A DNA stretch of 53,808 nucleotides from Bigelowiella natans CCMP2755 (Eukaryota; Protista; Cercozoa): contig ADNK01000973.1 of assembly GCA_000320545.1 (NCBI GenBank), positions 1 to 53,808 on the forward strand, read 5' to 3'. The notes beneath the pieces were generated by a model, which saw only the letters and a list, made by a program, of their open reading frames with translations, ran no database searches and was not told the DNA's origin. Positions 12,781 through 24,743 of this stretch are shown here, piece after piece (within the stretch, counting starts at the first letter, position 1; each line of letters begins with the position of its first letter). The translations under genes were made by a program, and so were the position numbers.

Positions 12781-13186
12781 AAAAATTACGGTACGCTTCT
12801 TACAAATAGAATAATAATATTTAGTTAGATGCATCGGCGGGAGTACGTCTACATGTACGTACAGAGACATATATACGGCGGAGCAGTCGCATGTATGAAA
12901 TGCCATCAATTAAGCTTATATTGTTATTTGGAATGTTCATTGCACGCATGCATATAACACGTCTGGGCATGAATATAAATGTCTGCTAGAAGCACGCTCA
13001 CGCCTTGCTTCATGTATATCCAACTCCAAGTTTAGCGTACAACTAGAAAAAATATTGGAAATGTTGTGTTGACGATGTTTCGGGTATGAAAAATATAACT
13101 CAGTTCTCATCACTACCATCCCTACTGCGCAAGGTGAAATGCGATGGCCTCAAAAGCAGGGTCCATTATGAAACCCGCTGATGCTC

Positions 13187-14927
13187 TCAATTCAAAGAAG
13201 ACGTTGAAAATTCATTCGATTCATTGGGTTGCATGAAAACTGGAATGCTGGAAGATTGAGTCGGCATCAAAGGTACTGATGCTGGGACAGATTTCATTGA
13301 GGAGGAAGAAACAACGGAGGGCAGTGAGCGTGCACTACTGAACGGCAAAGAGAGATCCTGTTTTTTATGCATGTCACTGAGAACTGATTACATCTACCAA
13401 ACGTAATGAAATACCGGATACGACACCGAAGCATTGTTTTGAGTAGCTTTGAGGGACGCTTTGTTCTGCTGTTGCATGTTTCCTGCGGGGAGGGTATTAG
13501 AGACTATATTTGGGTGGATGACGAAGCAATACGGTTACCTTGAAGAACCATAGACAATGTTGAGTCAGACTTTCCGCCGGATTTTGGCCCCCCGGCCATC
13601 TTGATGTGCTCTTCCAAATTGCTTGCAAGGTTCCGCATCAGAACTTGAATGATCTCCCTATCGACTTGACTCATCTTCTCAAGCTCATCAAGGTGGCCGG
13701 TTGTTGAGGGGTCAAAAAGACTCCCAAGGAACGAATAAACTTTTGAAAATCTCGGGGGGTATTCGGCTCCTGAAAGCATTTTCCTCGGTAAGATCAGAAG
13801 TTTAAAAAAAAAATGTTTACAATACCTGCTGTTTCCGTTTTCCCGCTTGCTTCGGAGGAGTCTGCACGGTGAAATGCTTCTGAGATGGCATGTTGCAGTT
13901 CCATTCGAGCCTGTGATAGCTGCTTGTGCTGCAGTTCTTGATTTTGCTGTTGCTCAACCATTTGCCACTGCATGGATGGCGTTACAGTTTGAGGTACCAA
14001 GGGGCCTACAGGATTTTGTTTATCATTTTTTAGTCGAAACTACTATGCTATCAATAGAGGTTGTTCTCACGGCTGCTGCTGCTGCTGCTACCTGTAGAAG
14101 CCCATTTTTTTTTGGTCACTACGTTCTTCGCCGTGCCTTCAGGTGTTTTCGCAACATGCCCTTTGGGACGATCTAAAGAGAATACTTGCTGAGGTCTTAT
14201 AAATTCATTCTGAAAATCGAGGGCACAGTTACCGCGAGCTGCCCCGGTGGTGCCAGTTGTTGCGATGGCAGACGCAACGGAGGCATTATTGGCGGCGGCG
14301 ACGGTGGCAGCAGCATTAGCAGCGGCTGCGGTAGCGGCCGCTGCTGCCGCAGCTTCCTTTTTTTTCTGCTCCCTGTTCTTAGGATAGGGATTCCTAGACC
14401 GCCTCTTAGGTCTTGGTGGGGGAATGCAGTCTAGCTTCCCAAGTTTTTGCATCTTCAGAAAGTACTTTTGGGCATGGCTCCTTATCTGAACATCAACACC
14501 CCACTTCAGCGAGGCAGAAACGACTCGAGTAGGAGTATTGGCACCACCTGAATCACTGTTTTCGTCTTGACATATTCCTCGATTTTTTTCCAGTCCCGCT
14601 CGTACCTGACAGATAGCTCGATGATCATCTCAACCGGCAAAAAACGCGAGAAATCCTTACAATTTTAAGGCTTCGACGAATCTGTCATGCTCCTCAGTTG
14701 TCCAACTCTCTCTCGGTTTGGTAATTGTGTAAGGCTTCCGAGCCTTTTTTGTCGAAGAATCCCTCTTCGAACTCGAGGATCTCTATGTTGTGGAATCAGG
14801 AGTCATTTGTTGTTGTTGTAAATAAAGAGAGGTTAAGAGTCCAGATCCATCGCAACGAGCCACACAAAGTCAAAATCTCTTAATATCTATCCTAATCCGT
14901 TCAAACCTTCTTGCTCTTTGAGTTCAT
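13187..14927 (-). CDS. Single-repeat SHAQKYF MYB transcription factor, LHY/CCA1-like (REVEILLE8/LCL type)
   Basis: MNSKSKK|...[30 protein letters not shown]|[19 protein letters not shown]|[14 protein letters not shown]...[16 protein letters not shown]-terminal [16 protein letters not shown]...[23 protein letters not shown] resembles the RVE8 LCL domain. Confidence 0.92.
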
Positions 14928-15267
14928 GAGGAAGAGCTTTAACCGGTGAGAGGGAGCTGCTGTGGAAGGATGGATGGGTTTTTTGGTTGATGACTAGTTG
15001 TGTCGGATCTGAGGCTCCGATCTCTTGATCTCCAGAGATTCACTGGAGAGAAATCTTAGACTAGGCTGCTCTGTCGCTTTTATAAATGTCGCAAGGGAGA
15101 AATCTACTGGGAAAAGGATATGTAAAAATATGGGACACTGGGTGCCGAGAAGGGCGATCTGTGGGTTCCGAGACTGAACACCCGGTTTTTTCTGACACTT
15201 CTTGCCGCCAACCAACCGTCGTGCGAGTGCACTTTGTAATGGAGCTTTGGTAGAACGAGGAGAGCGG

Positions 15268-17680
15268 ATGAGTAGTAGCAACAAGAAGCGCAAAACAGTA
15301 GGAGGGGCAAGAGATGGTAGGAACATTTAGGTTGCTCCTCGAACTCGATATGACTTGTCCTTTTAGGCCTCGAAATGCTCCTGCAGCAGTCTGAGCAGCT
15401 TAGTGCTGTTGAGAAGGGGGTTATGGACAGAGACTCGAAAACTGTGCTCCAAGATAAGGTATGTGATGAATTGAAAGAGAGCAAAGATGGATATATTTTA
15501 TAGACTAAAGATACGTTTCTTTCTTGATGCGCAGAAGTCTTCGGTAATACCGAGGTACATTCTGAAGATCCAACCCCAGCCGCCCCGCTTCCCTTTCGTG
15601 TCTTCGTATTTCGATTGCAAGATATTTCTGGTTGATCAACGAGATACAATGAAGACTGGCAGCCGACTTCCAGTTGAAGTCACGCTGCTCTATAGTAATG
15701 GAGAGAGGGTAGGCTCTTCGGTCATTGTAATTGGAAGCAGCGTACTAAGTAAGATTCTCCCCATCCAGGTTCCGAATCAGGACATCCTGGAGATAGGGGG
15801 AGGGAAAAATATAGTTATCTCGACGGCAGGAATGGCTGCTATCAAGATTCGAATCCGTGAAGTCTCTATGCAGCATGAAAACAGAAAGTAAAGAGGCTTT
15901 AAATAAGCAAATTGTCTCACTAAGGGTTTCGTTTACGAAGAAATGGTGCTAAAACAGGTTCTGCTTGCGATTCTCGAGTAAAGAGTCCCTTTTCTTGAAC
16001 CAAACGGTTGCACCAGTCACTTCGTCTGAGATGACCGTCATGTAAGAATTCAGATCAAGTGTCGTACCAAGAACGTAGTGATAAATAACATGATAAATAA
16101 CATGGTATTGTTATTTACGTGTGTACAGCCGGCACAAGCTGAAAATATGCCCCTCATCGAACTTCCCGAAGACTTGGTATAAGGACGAAGGTGGGTAGTA
16201 CCGACTCTAGAACAATGCATGCATCATCGTCCATCCATTCATTCATTCATTCATTCACACAAGTGATGTGCACGTTGCGCAGGAGGCCGAGATAAGTTTA
16301 TTCCTATCAACGCCGTCCTTGAGGACCATGATGGGAAAGTCGTCTTGAAAAGGTGTATTTTGAACACATTATTCCAAAGTTAGAAAGGAGGAAAAATGAT
16401 TCCATTTAATGATTCCATTTAACATTATTTTTGTAGAGAAGTCCCTTTGCGTGTAATTCTGACCTACGACGGAGATGCGGAGACGGAAGTGAAGAATCAG
16501 CAAATTTTGAAACTAAGCACGGTACGTTCTGTGAGGAGGAGGCGTCTGCCTATTCGATGGTGTAGTCCTTTTTGAAGAACGTGGCTGTGCATATTCTTCT
16601 TAGGACTCGATGAAGAAGATAGAGTCAAATGGTACAGCTCTACTCAAGGTGTGTGGTGAAAACACACTAAGATCGGTTCTCCTCATATATATGCTTGACT
16701 TTTTTAAAAAATACTACACGGTTTTGAATAGATTCGAATCGAGGAAGTGTCCAAAAACCACCAGAAGCAAGCCTTCTGCGTGAAAATTGAACCGGATACA
16801 AGCTACTCTCCTGCCAACTACGATATAGCCATGGACGTCTCCCCTGCGATTACCGTCAAGGTTGTCTATTTCCCTCCCCTCAAGTTGTGAATTCGAGCTT
16901 CTGATTACAAATTTGCAAAAAAATATCGTTATTGTAGTCGAAGAGAAACAAAAGAGGGCGCAAGGATCAGTTGCGAAACTTGGACAAGAAGAGTACACCC
17001 TTCCTTCATGCTAGTCGTCCCATTGGTCGTCTGTGATTGATCTCGATTTTCTGTGATCATGCATGATGCAGGCAAATTTGACACGTCGAGCCACATGGCT
17101 GCTTCTGCTATGCTCAATATGACCGGCCCCGTCGCACCGTCACCTCTTTCTGGTACGCGATCATTTCCCTGATATACCCATCGGATTTCAAGTTGGTTTT
17201 TGGTAAATATTTCCTTCCCAAAATGATTATTGATTGTTTGTGTTTCTAACGCGAAGCTGCCCAAGTCGCCAAGCTGCAAGGTCAGGAGGATTTTGGACTC
17301 GGTAATACTATATATTAGCACTCGTATGCTGACAAAAGGAATGAATTCCAAAATCAAAATTCTGAACGAAAATGATCAGCAGGGATCGCACACTAACTCT
17401 ATTCTCACTCTTCTCGCACCACCACATCGACTCATCTCTTTGTCTTCTTCTTTTTCTTCTTCTTCTTCTTCTTCTTCTTCTCCTTCTTCAGTGATGGGCA
17501 TGATCAAATCGTGGACACAAGAAGTAGTGCAGGGCTTGAGTCAGATGGAGTGGCAGGTGTTACAGCTTCATTGAACATGCATTTATGAAAGCGCTTATCA
17601 TCATCGACATACATTCAGCTTTGTGCTTTTGTTTGTGTGTTTATAAGACGAAAGAATTTTCCTAACAATACTATCGTTCC

Positions 17681-17723
<43 letters not shown>

Positions 17724-18122
17724 CATGTCGGATTCGAGGTCATGGAAGGCGGGCAGATAAACCTAAATCGCCCGTTGTTTCGATGTCCTGGGTGCTGGTC
17801 GTACAAGGTACCATTCAGCATCCATCCGAAGGATATGAAGGATATTCTCCTGCTCGATGGACTGAGCTCCTCAGTTTATGCTTGCTATTCTGATGTCAGG
17901 ATACGTTAAGAGAGCCCCACCACCAGCCAAATTGCTTGGTAAGAATCAATCAACGATTGCTTTCCCATCGTCGCATCTTACACACACGCATCATCTCGCA
18001 CCTCGCTGTTGCCTCCTCACTTCCATCTTTAGTATCATTAATTAACATTACTATTTCAGATCGCAAAGCCTCTCCAGATGTACAAGAGATGTGCTATAAA
18101 TGAAAACATCAGCAGACTGGTA

Positions 18123-18161
<39 letters not shown>

Positions 18162-19728
18162 CATCAAGGATTTTCATATCCTCCTCCTCCTCCTCCCTAT
18201 TCAAGACACTACTATACTACTATCGTCATCATTCGTTAATGTCCGCATGATCTGGCGTGCGTATGCTTCATTTCCCTGATTATCCCAGGTGAAAGTTGTC
18301 CAAGCTCCTACATCATCATCATCATCATCATCTACAAATAAGACTTTGGCTCCGTTACCACCACTCCCCCCCCCTCCTAAAATCGTAGCTGCTGCTGTCT
18401 CTAGTAGTAGCAGCAATCCCAACAGGGATTCGAGGATGAAGTCATCAGCAGCTCCAAGGATGACATCACCTGCGATTGCTGCTGCTTCTTCTACGAGAGA
18501 AATACCTGCGCAACCCATTCCAGATCTGCCTCCACTGGGCCAAGTCGGGCGCATGTCACCCCCACAGCTAAAGAAAGTAGTAACAGCAGCAGCAGCAGCA
18601 GCAGTAGTAGTAATAGTAGTAGTAACAATGGACGCTAAAATCCTTGGGTTTCCGTAGGTTAATTACAATTATTATGCTTACTCTCATCATTTTTCGTTCC
18701 GGGTGTTTAATGAAATAGGGAATGTCCATCCCGGTCGCCCCTTCCTTGCCTTCGATTTCGGGCATGTCGGCCATGTCGTCATCCGTGCCAGCCAGCCTGC
18801 TGCCCATCCCGCCGGATTCTCGAAGTAAGGAGGAGGAGGAGGAGGAGGAGGGGGAGGGGGGAGAACATGATCTCGACTTATCATTTGTACGTAGAGTTGA
18901 GCAGAGGGAGGGAAGCATCGTTGGAACCTAATCGTTCATGATGCGATGATTTGAAAAAAATACGTGCTTTCCTCTCTTCTGCAGACATATCGTTTGGGTT
19001 TCTGAAAGGCGCTACCGACGACGTATTTGCAAATCCTCCGGAGAACGAGGTGGGCGGTGTCGTGAGAAGAGGATTTTTGTGATACTTGCATGACGGCTGG
19101 CACGTTAAAAAGAGAGAAAATCCCTAGACACCAGCAACAACAACAACAACAATAACAACATTAACAACTCAGGAGGGCCGCGTCGAGAAGATAATGGTGT
19201 CTCAAACCAATCACGGATTCCCTGCGTTTGATGAAAAGGAAACGCTTATTGGATTCTATGTCTACGATGATCATCGGACTGTAATACTCTCTGTCTTCTT
19301 TGCAACTCCTCCCAAAGCAATGCCTAATGTGTGCATATTTCGGCGCAGGTTATCACGTTCTTCCCCTTGGCTGCTTACAAAGAAGTTACAGAAGATAGGG
19401 CAAAAGAGCTTGAGCAGAACTTTCAAGTACGTAAAATCATCGATCTATATCACGCACATCATCTTATTGTCGTTCAACTTTGCCAAACACAGGATGCCAA
19501 AAAAACGGGAAGACCAGACATTGTTACAAAGGTAACAATTGGTTCGTCGTCGTTTAAAATGTGCCTCATTACTATCTCGAGCGTACTAGTAGCGATCCGG
19601 TGCTCAAATTCTTTCATTTTCAGGAGGACCATGTCACTTTGTCTAAAATGAAAGAGGCTGTGATGATGTCTATCTTCCAAATTATTGAGGATGCCCGAAA
19701 TCCAAATGCTTACCTTCCGAATAGTTGA
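15268..19728 (+). CDS. Conserved hypothetical protein with two tandem beta-rich domains (putative Ig-fold DNA-binding, CudA/CBP60-like) and a Cys/His motif; many exons
   Basis: Repeated module LPVEVTLLYSNGE|VPNQDIL...IRIREVSMQHENRKFCLRF and VPLRVILTYDGD...VKNQQIL...IRIEEVSKNHQKQAFCVKI. Also WYKDEGGRDK, NLS-like SKRNKRGRK and RCPGCWSYK...HHQPNC. Stop TGA at 19726-19728. Confidence 0.7.
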
Positions 19729-20111
19729 AGATGCGCGGTTTTTCATGGTAATTGGTGCTTCCAAATCGCATCATGTCGCCAACGCGACTCGCAGTTCACA
19801 GCATCTAGATTGTTCTGCATGTTTTGTTCATCAAATGTTTATTCAAGCTGTATGTGGCTTGTTGGGTGGCAGACACTCAAAAAATGTGAGTCGACACGTC
19901 CAGATAGACGGATGCAAATCTAGATGTATATGCATTGTGCAAACCCTGCACTTGTCGTGATATTTTTGTTGCACATGGAATCGAAAGGGAATGATGCGAT
20001 GCACGAATACATGTATGTGCGCTGTCGTCAAGTCACGCAGATCTAGATCGAGACGTGTGTGAGTACTAGAGCAGCTAGCCGCGGCTTTGTGTGCGTATGT
20101 CTGCATATGTA

Positions 20112-20181
20112 AAGACGGATGTAATGATGAAATATTTAAATTTTTTCAATGGTCATCCTAATGTAGCTGTGCAATGCAGCG
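20112..20181 (+). repeat. AGACGGATG dispersed repeat, copy A
   Basis: aagacggatgtaatgatgaaatatttaaattttttcaatggtcatcctaatgtagctgtgcaatgcagcg. Confidence 0.9.
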
Positions 20182-20229
20182 TATGTGCATATATGTGCAT
20201 ACATGTATGTACATGCATACATTCATGTA

Positions 20230-20266
20230 CATTGAAAAAATTTAATTTGTTCATCACATCCGTCTC
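20230..20266 (-). repeat. AGACGGATG dispersed repeat, copy B (5' half)
   Basis: Reverse complement gagacggatgtgatgaacaaattaaattttttcaatg. Confidence 0.85.
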
Positions 20267-20515
20267 ACATGTACATGCGTACATATGCGATCTGCATGCA
20301 TGCACACTACTAGCATGGGCAGAGTGTCGTGTTCAGTGGCTGTGGCTTGCATCCACATGTAGCAAGTGAATATATGAATCGTCGTTCTAATACGTGACGT
20401 ACGTCTAGATGTCTAGATGCATTACGTTGCATGGCAAAGTCGCACATGGCATGTACGTACGTTGGCGATGCATATGTGCGTTTCTCGGCTTATTGCCAAT
20501 TGATCATAAGTATTC

Positions 20516-21883
20516 TTAGTTGGAATAACCAATGCTAGACACCCTCTAAGAACTTGCTTTCAGAAATGTTTTTTTAAACCTGGAGTTCGCCCATTTTAGC
20601 TTCCTTTTTCTTTTCACCCAGCCAGTGTTGGATGACGACAGCTGATTATGAAAGACATAATTGAAATCCAACTCCAACGGCATTGTTTGTTACGTAGTTA
20701 TTTCCATACCTTCTGTGAGGAGGAAGGTCTTAGCAACAGAAACTGAATTTTCCAGGGCACATCTAATGACCTAGAGAATGAGAACCACCACAAACAGTTA
20801 CCGAACCTGAATCTTTGAATATTACTAAAATAGTTAAAAAACGATACATAGCTAACTCCGCGCGATGCAACCTTTGCTGGCTCAATAATGCCCATTTCCA
20901 GCATGTCGCCGTATTCGCCGTTCGCAGCGTTCCATCCAAAGTTAGAATTTCCCTATATCATCGTGATGAGAGTGTTTATAACAGATTTCTGGACAGACAC
21001 GAAGATGAATCGTGCACATATCATGGACACTCGCAGTACAAAAAAAAATAGCCTGACCTTTTGGCCTGTTCTGACTTCATCAATTACGATAGGGCCGTGA
21101 TACGCAGCATTTCTTGCAACGCGGTTCAACGGATACTCGAGTGCCATCTTCAATATTTCCTGCGAGATAATTATTCGTTTTAATTTTTGCTCACATGGCT
21201 GGGAAACGTGCATATTAGTTGGGGAATATATTGCTTCGAACCGCTCCTTTAACTTCCTCGGGGCGCAGTTCTGGAATGATGTCGTCAATTTTGTCTGCCA
21301 GTCGAATATACCTGCCATTCACCGATGCTTTCTCAATCACCATGCTCGGAATAACAGTGGTAGCGTATGATTGTTATTGTGGTTGCAGTTGTTACGATGT
21401 TGCTCCGCCCGGCACAATCCCTTCTTCCAACGCTGCCCGAATTGCACAAAGCGCGTCATCGTATCGGAGCTTCCTATCTCGGAGCTCTAGTTCTGTTGTC
21501 GCTCCCACGTATATCACTGCGACCTGGAGGTCACGACGTAAAATCATCTTTCGATCAGAATCGTGAGATGGACTAGGAAATTCAGATAATAATGCTACAG
21601 GAACAAACACGAATAAAGAGAGAATCGAGAAAATGACGAAGCTCACCCCGCCCTTGAGCTTTGCAATACGACGATTGATTTTATCCTTTTCGAAAGCTAC
21701 ATCTTTGGATTCCCGTACAAGCTCAAGCTGCTCGACACGTGCATCAACGGCCTCCGCGGTCGTACTAGGACCCTGAATGAGGCATCCCTCCTTACCAACC
21801 TCCACCTGTGGAACAACACATCCATACTAATTAATTACATCTTGGACGCAGCAGGGTCTGAGAGCCACCCACGCACATTGAGG

Positions 21884-21920
<37 letters not shown>

Positions 21921-24162
21921 ACCAAAGCTGCATCTCCAAAGACTTCCTCACCCGCCGTCTGCAAAATGTTGAAAAAAATACTCGAGTTGCTCAATGGTGT
22001 CGACTTCTGAACGTAATGGTGATTGATACCATAATCGGTCTTTCGGCATCCTCCTCTGTCCCCAAGGTGATAGCCCCTGTCAATATGGCCAAGTCCTCCA
22101 GGAGAGCACTCCGAAGCTGAATGATGCGAAGACAACGACGACACGAATTATTCAATGGGTGATGCAATATCTCCCTCTGCACTTACGTCTCCAAAAGCAG
22201 GAGCATTGACCGCTACGACTTTCAGGCCAGCCCTCTGATGGTTCAACGCCAGGAAATTTGTCACTTCTGCATGGATAGCAAGGGAACAAAACAACAATTT
22301 AGTTTCCGAAGAATCTGGACAACATCTGGAACAACAACTTAAGATTCTGTGCAGTGCAAATCAGCACCTTTCGTGTACGAATGAGCGACAAGGAAAATGG
22401 GATAGTCCTTCTCAAACGCCAATTCCATCAGTGGAATCACTTCCTCAAGCTTGCTAATCTGTCAAGATGAAATCGTCGTCAAAACACTTTTTTTAAGAAG
22501 TCCTGCAGGGCTAATGAGGAGGAAACCCTTGATTCATCCATCATCAGTACTTACTTCTCCATCGACGATGACGACTTTGGCATCTTTATACATCGCGATC
22601 CCATCGTCAGGGGTGTTGATGAATACAGGGCTTATGTATCTAAGTTAAAAGGAAGTAGTAAAACAGTGGAAGATGGATTTGAATATATGACCAATGAGGG
22701 AAAGGCGGGTCAAAATCGCTACCCGCACTCATCGATGAACATCCCTTCTTGCGTCTCCAACACATCGTCGACATTTTTACCTATCACAAAAATTGAACAT
22801 GCTTTGGTGATTGTACTTTGACGTCTTTATTAAATTTCAACCTTCTTCTAATGTGATGAGCCCCAATCGCCCAACGGATAGCAATGCATCGCCTATCATC
22901 TTTCCAATCCCACGATTACCTAATCAAAGATTTATTTTGTTTTGAATTCTGTGGATTGTGTCACTGGAGAGTGTACCGCTGGCTGATATTGTTGCGACAT
23001 CTACGATTTGTTCATCCTCTATTTGGATTGCAACTTCGTTCTCCAAATATTCCACGAGCTGTGAAAGGAAATCAAAGGTCAATCCCATACAACAAATCCT
23101 GCGAGAAGGCTGCCGTCCATTACTACTTACTTTTTTGGTCGTCTTTTCCATTCCACGATAAATTTGCATTGGATTTACTCCCGATACAACACGCTGGTCA
23201 GATGGAGAGCAAAAATGAATAAAAATCCTTTTTAATGCCCTTGTTTCATCGTTTATTTACCTTCAGGCCTTCATTTATAATTGCATCGGAAAGTATGATT
23301 GCCGAAGTCGTGCCGTCGCCCGCATCTTGATTGGTCCTTTTAAAAATTCGTTCAGATTCAGATATCAAGCACCGGGCAAATCAAGTGGTATCTCAGCCGT
23401 TATGATCAATATTGAAACCACCTCTCGGATGCTTCCAGAACGAGCTGGCAGCCTATCTCCTCAAGATCATCTTCGAGGCTGATTTCTTTCGCAATACTCA
23501 CCCCATCATTAATGATTCGAGGACGGGTTCCCACCTGCAACATTAGTGACCCAGGACTCTTATTGACTACAACATTAAAGATTCAATTAAATTCAAGTTT
23601 ACCGCGCGCTGAACGACGACATTCTTCCCTCTTGGCCCTGAGAAAAGTAATTGTAGGAGTATGCTGATGATGGTGACAAATAGGTGCCAAAAGACAACAA
23701 CACATACCCAATGTCACACCAACAACAGCTGCGAGTTTGCGCACTCCAATTTGCATTTGGCGGACAGGTTCGAAATCGTTGCCTGATGTGTGTGGGTTAA
23801 AGAATTTTAACAAAGAATACGCTAATTTAAGGGTTGTTTGACAAACCGTTGAACATAATGTCACTGTGGTAGCCTTCGAAGCGAGCCATGGACATTCCGG
23901 TGTCGTCACCCTCCTCTCCGCCTCCCATTCCAGCCATCATTTGCTCCATCGATCTCACGACTGGTAATCTCCTGCTTCCTCTGTAATGAAGAGAGTTTCC
24001 ACAACAACTCGTAGTCGTACCCCGGGCTGTGAGTGCAGCTGCGGATAAATTGGGAACCAATCTATTTCCATCGTAAAGAAATTGACAGATGGTCGCTAAA
24101 ATTGCACAAGCTACAAGAAAGATTGCTGCGCATCTCCTGCTCAGGGGTGTGCAGGGCCCCAT
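20516..24162 (-). CDS. cpn60: Plastid-type chaperonin 60, beta-like subunit, with bipartite (signal + transit-like) leader; ~20 short introns
   Basis: [10 protein letters not shown]|[41 protein letters not shown]|[52 protein letters not shown] and [20 protein letters not shown] (the VAKTFL motif is typical of Cpn60-beta). Hydrophobic leader [15 protein letters not shown]. The last exon is uncertain. Confidence 0.9.
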
Positions 24163-24743
24163 TCTTTATTTGAAAACCAAAGTGCCCCCCCTTTCGTTGA
24201 CCGACGGAGTTTGTTACCCATGGGGTACCAAACAACAGTTGTCGCAAGTACTGGTCGCCCTAGATTTCATTTGTTTTTCTTAAAGATGTCGTACATATAC
24301 AAATACACTATAATTATCATGAAATAATGGAGATAAATGCGGAAGGAAAAAAATTGCACCTCCTCTCCAAGATGACGCCCAACATTTGCACATATTCAGA
24401 CCTAGGGTTCTCAATCAAGTTCCGGCTCGGATAAGTAGAAGAGTAGAATGCACTCGTAGAATTCCTGCGATTGATGATATTTGATGTCGTTCCTCGAAAA
24501 TGAAGTATGTTTAGCTCAGCCTGCTGAGGCACGGGAGCCACCTCTCATAAGCATACATCAAGGCTTCGCCTTTGACAATTGTCCCCCCCCCCCCCAAACT
24601 ATCAACGAGACGCGCTAACGACATATTATCAATCAAGAATAAACTTACGAGGGGATAGGAAAGTTATGGTGGAGATGGTTGCTGCTCAGAGTGCATCCCC
24701 GTAGTAAACCGGGTTAGTCGAAAGGAAGCGATATTTCCTCCGG

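Larger units (their letters stand above)
19760..20480. other. TG/CA-rich, CTAG-containing island between convergent genes
   Basis: Contains several TCTAGA sites, two repeat copies and a TA/TG/CA mosaic tract. Confidence 0.65.

Noticed and set aside
19906-19920. agacggatgcaaat as a further repeat copy with TA->CA
   Set aside because: Only ~10 nt match and the downstream core is absent, so it cannot be distinguished from chance.
20516-24162. Nucleomorph, organellar or bacterial origin of cpn60 or of the window
   Set aside because: Introns are ~50-100+ nt GT-AG rather than 18-21 nt, GC content is moderate, and the protein has an ER-type leader. This is host nuclear DNA.
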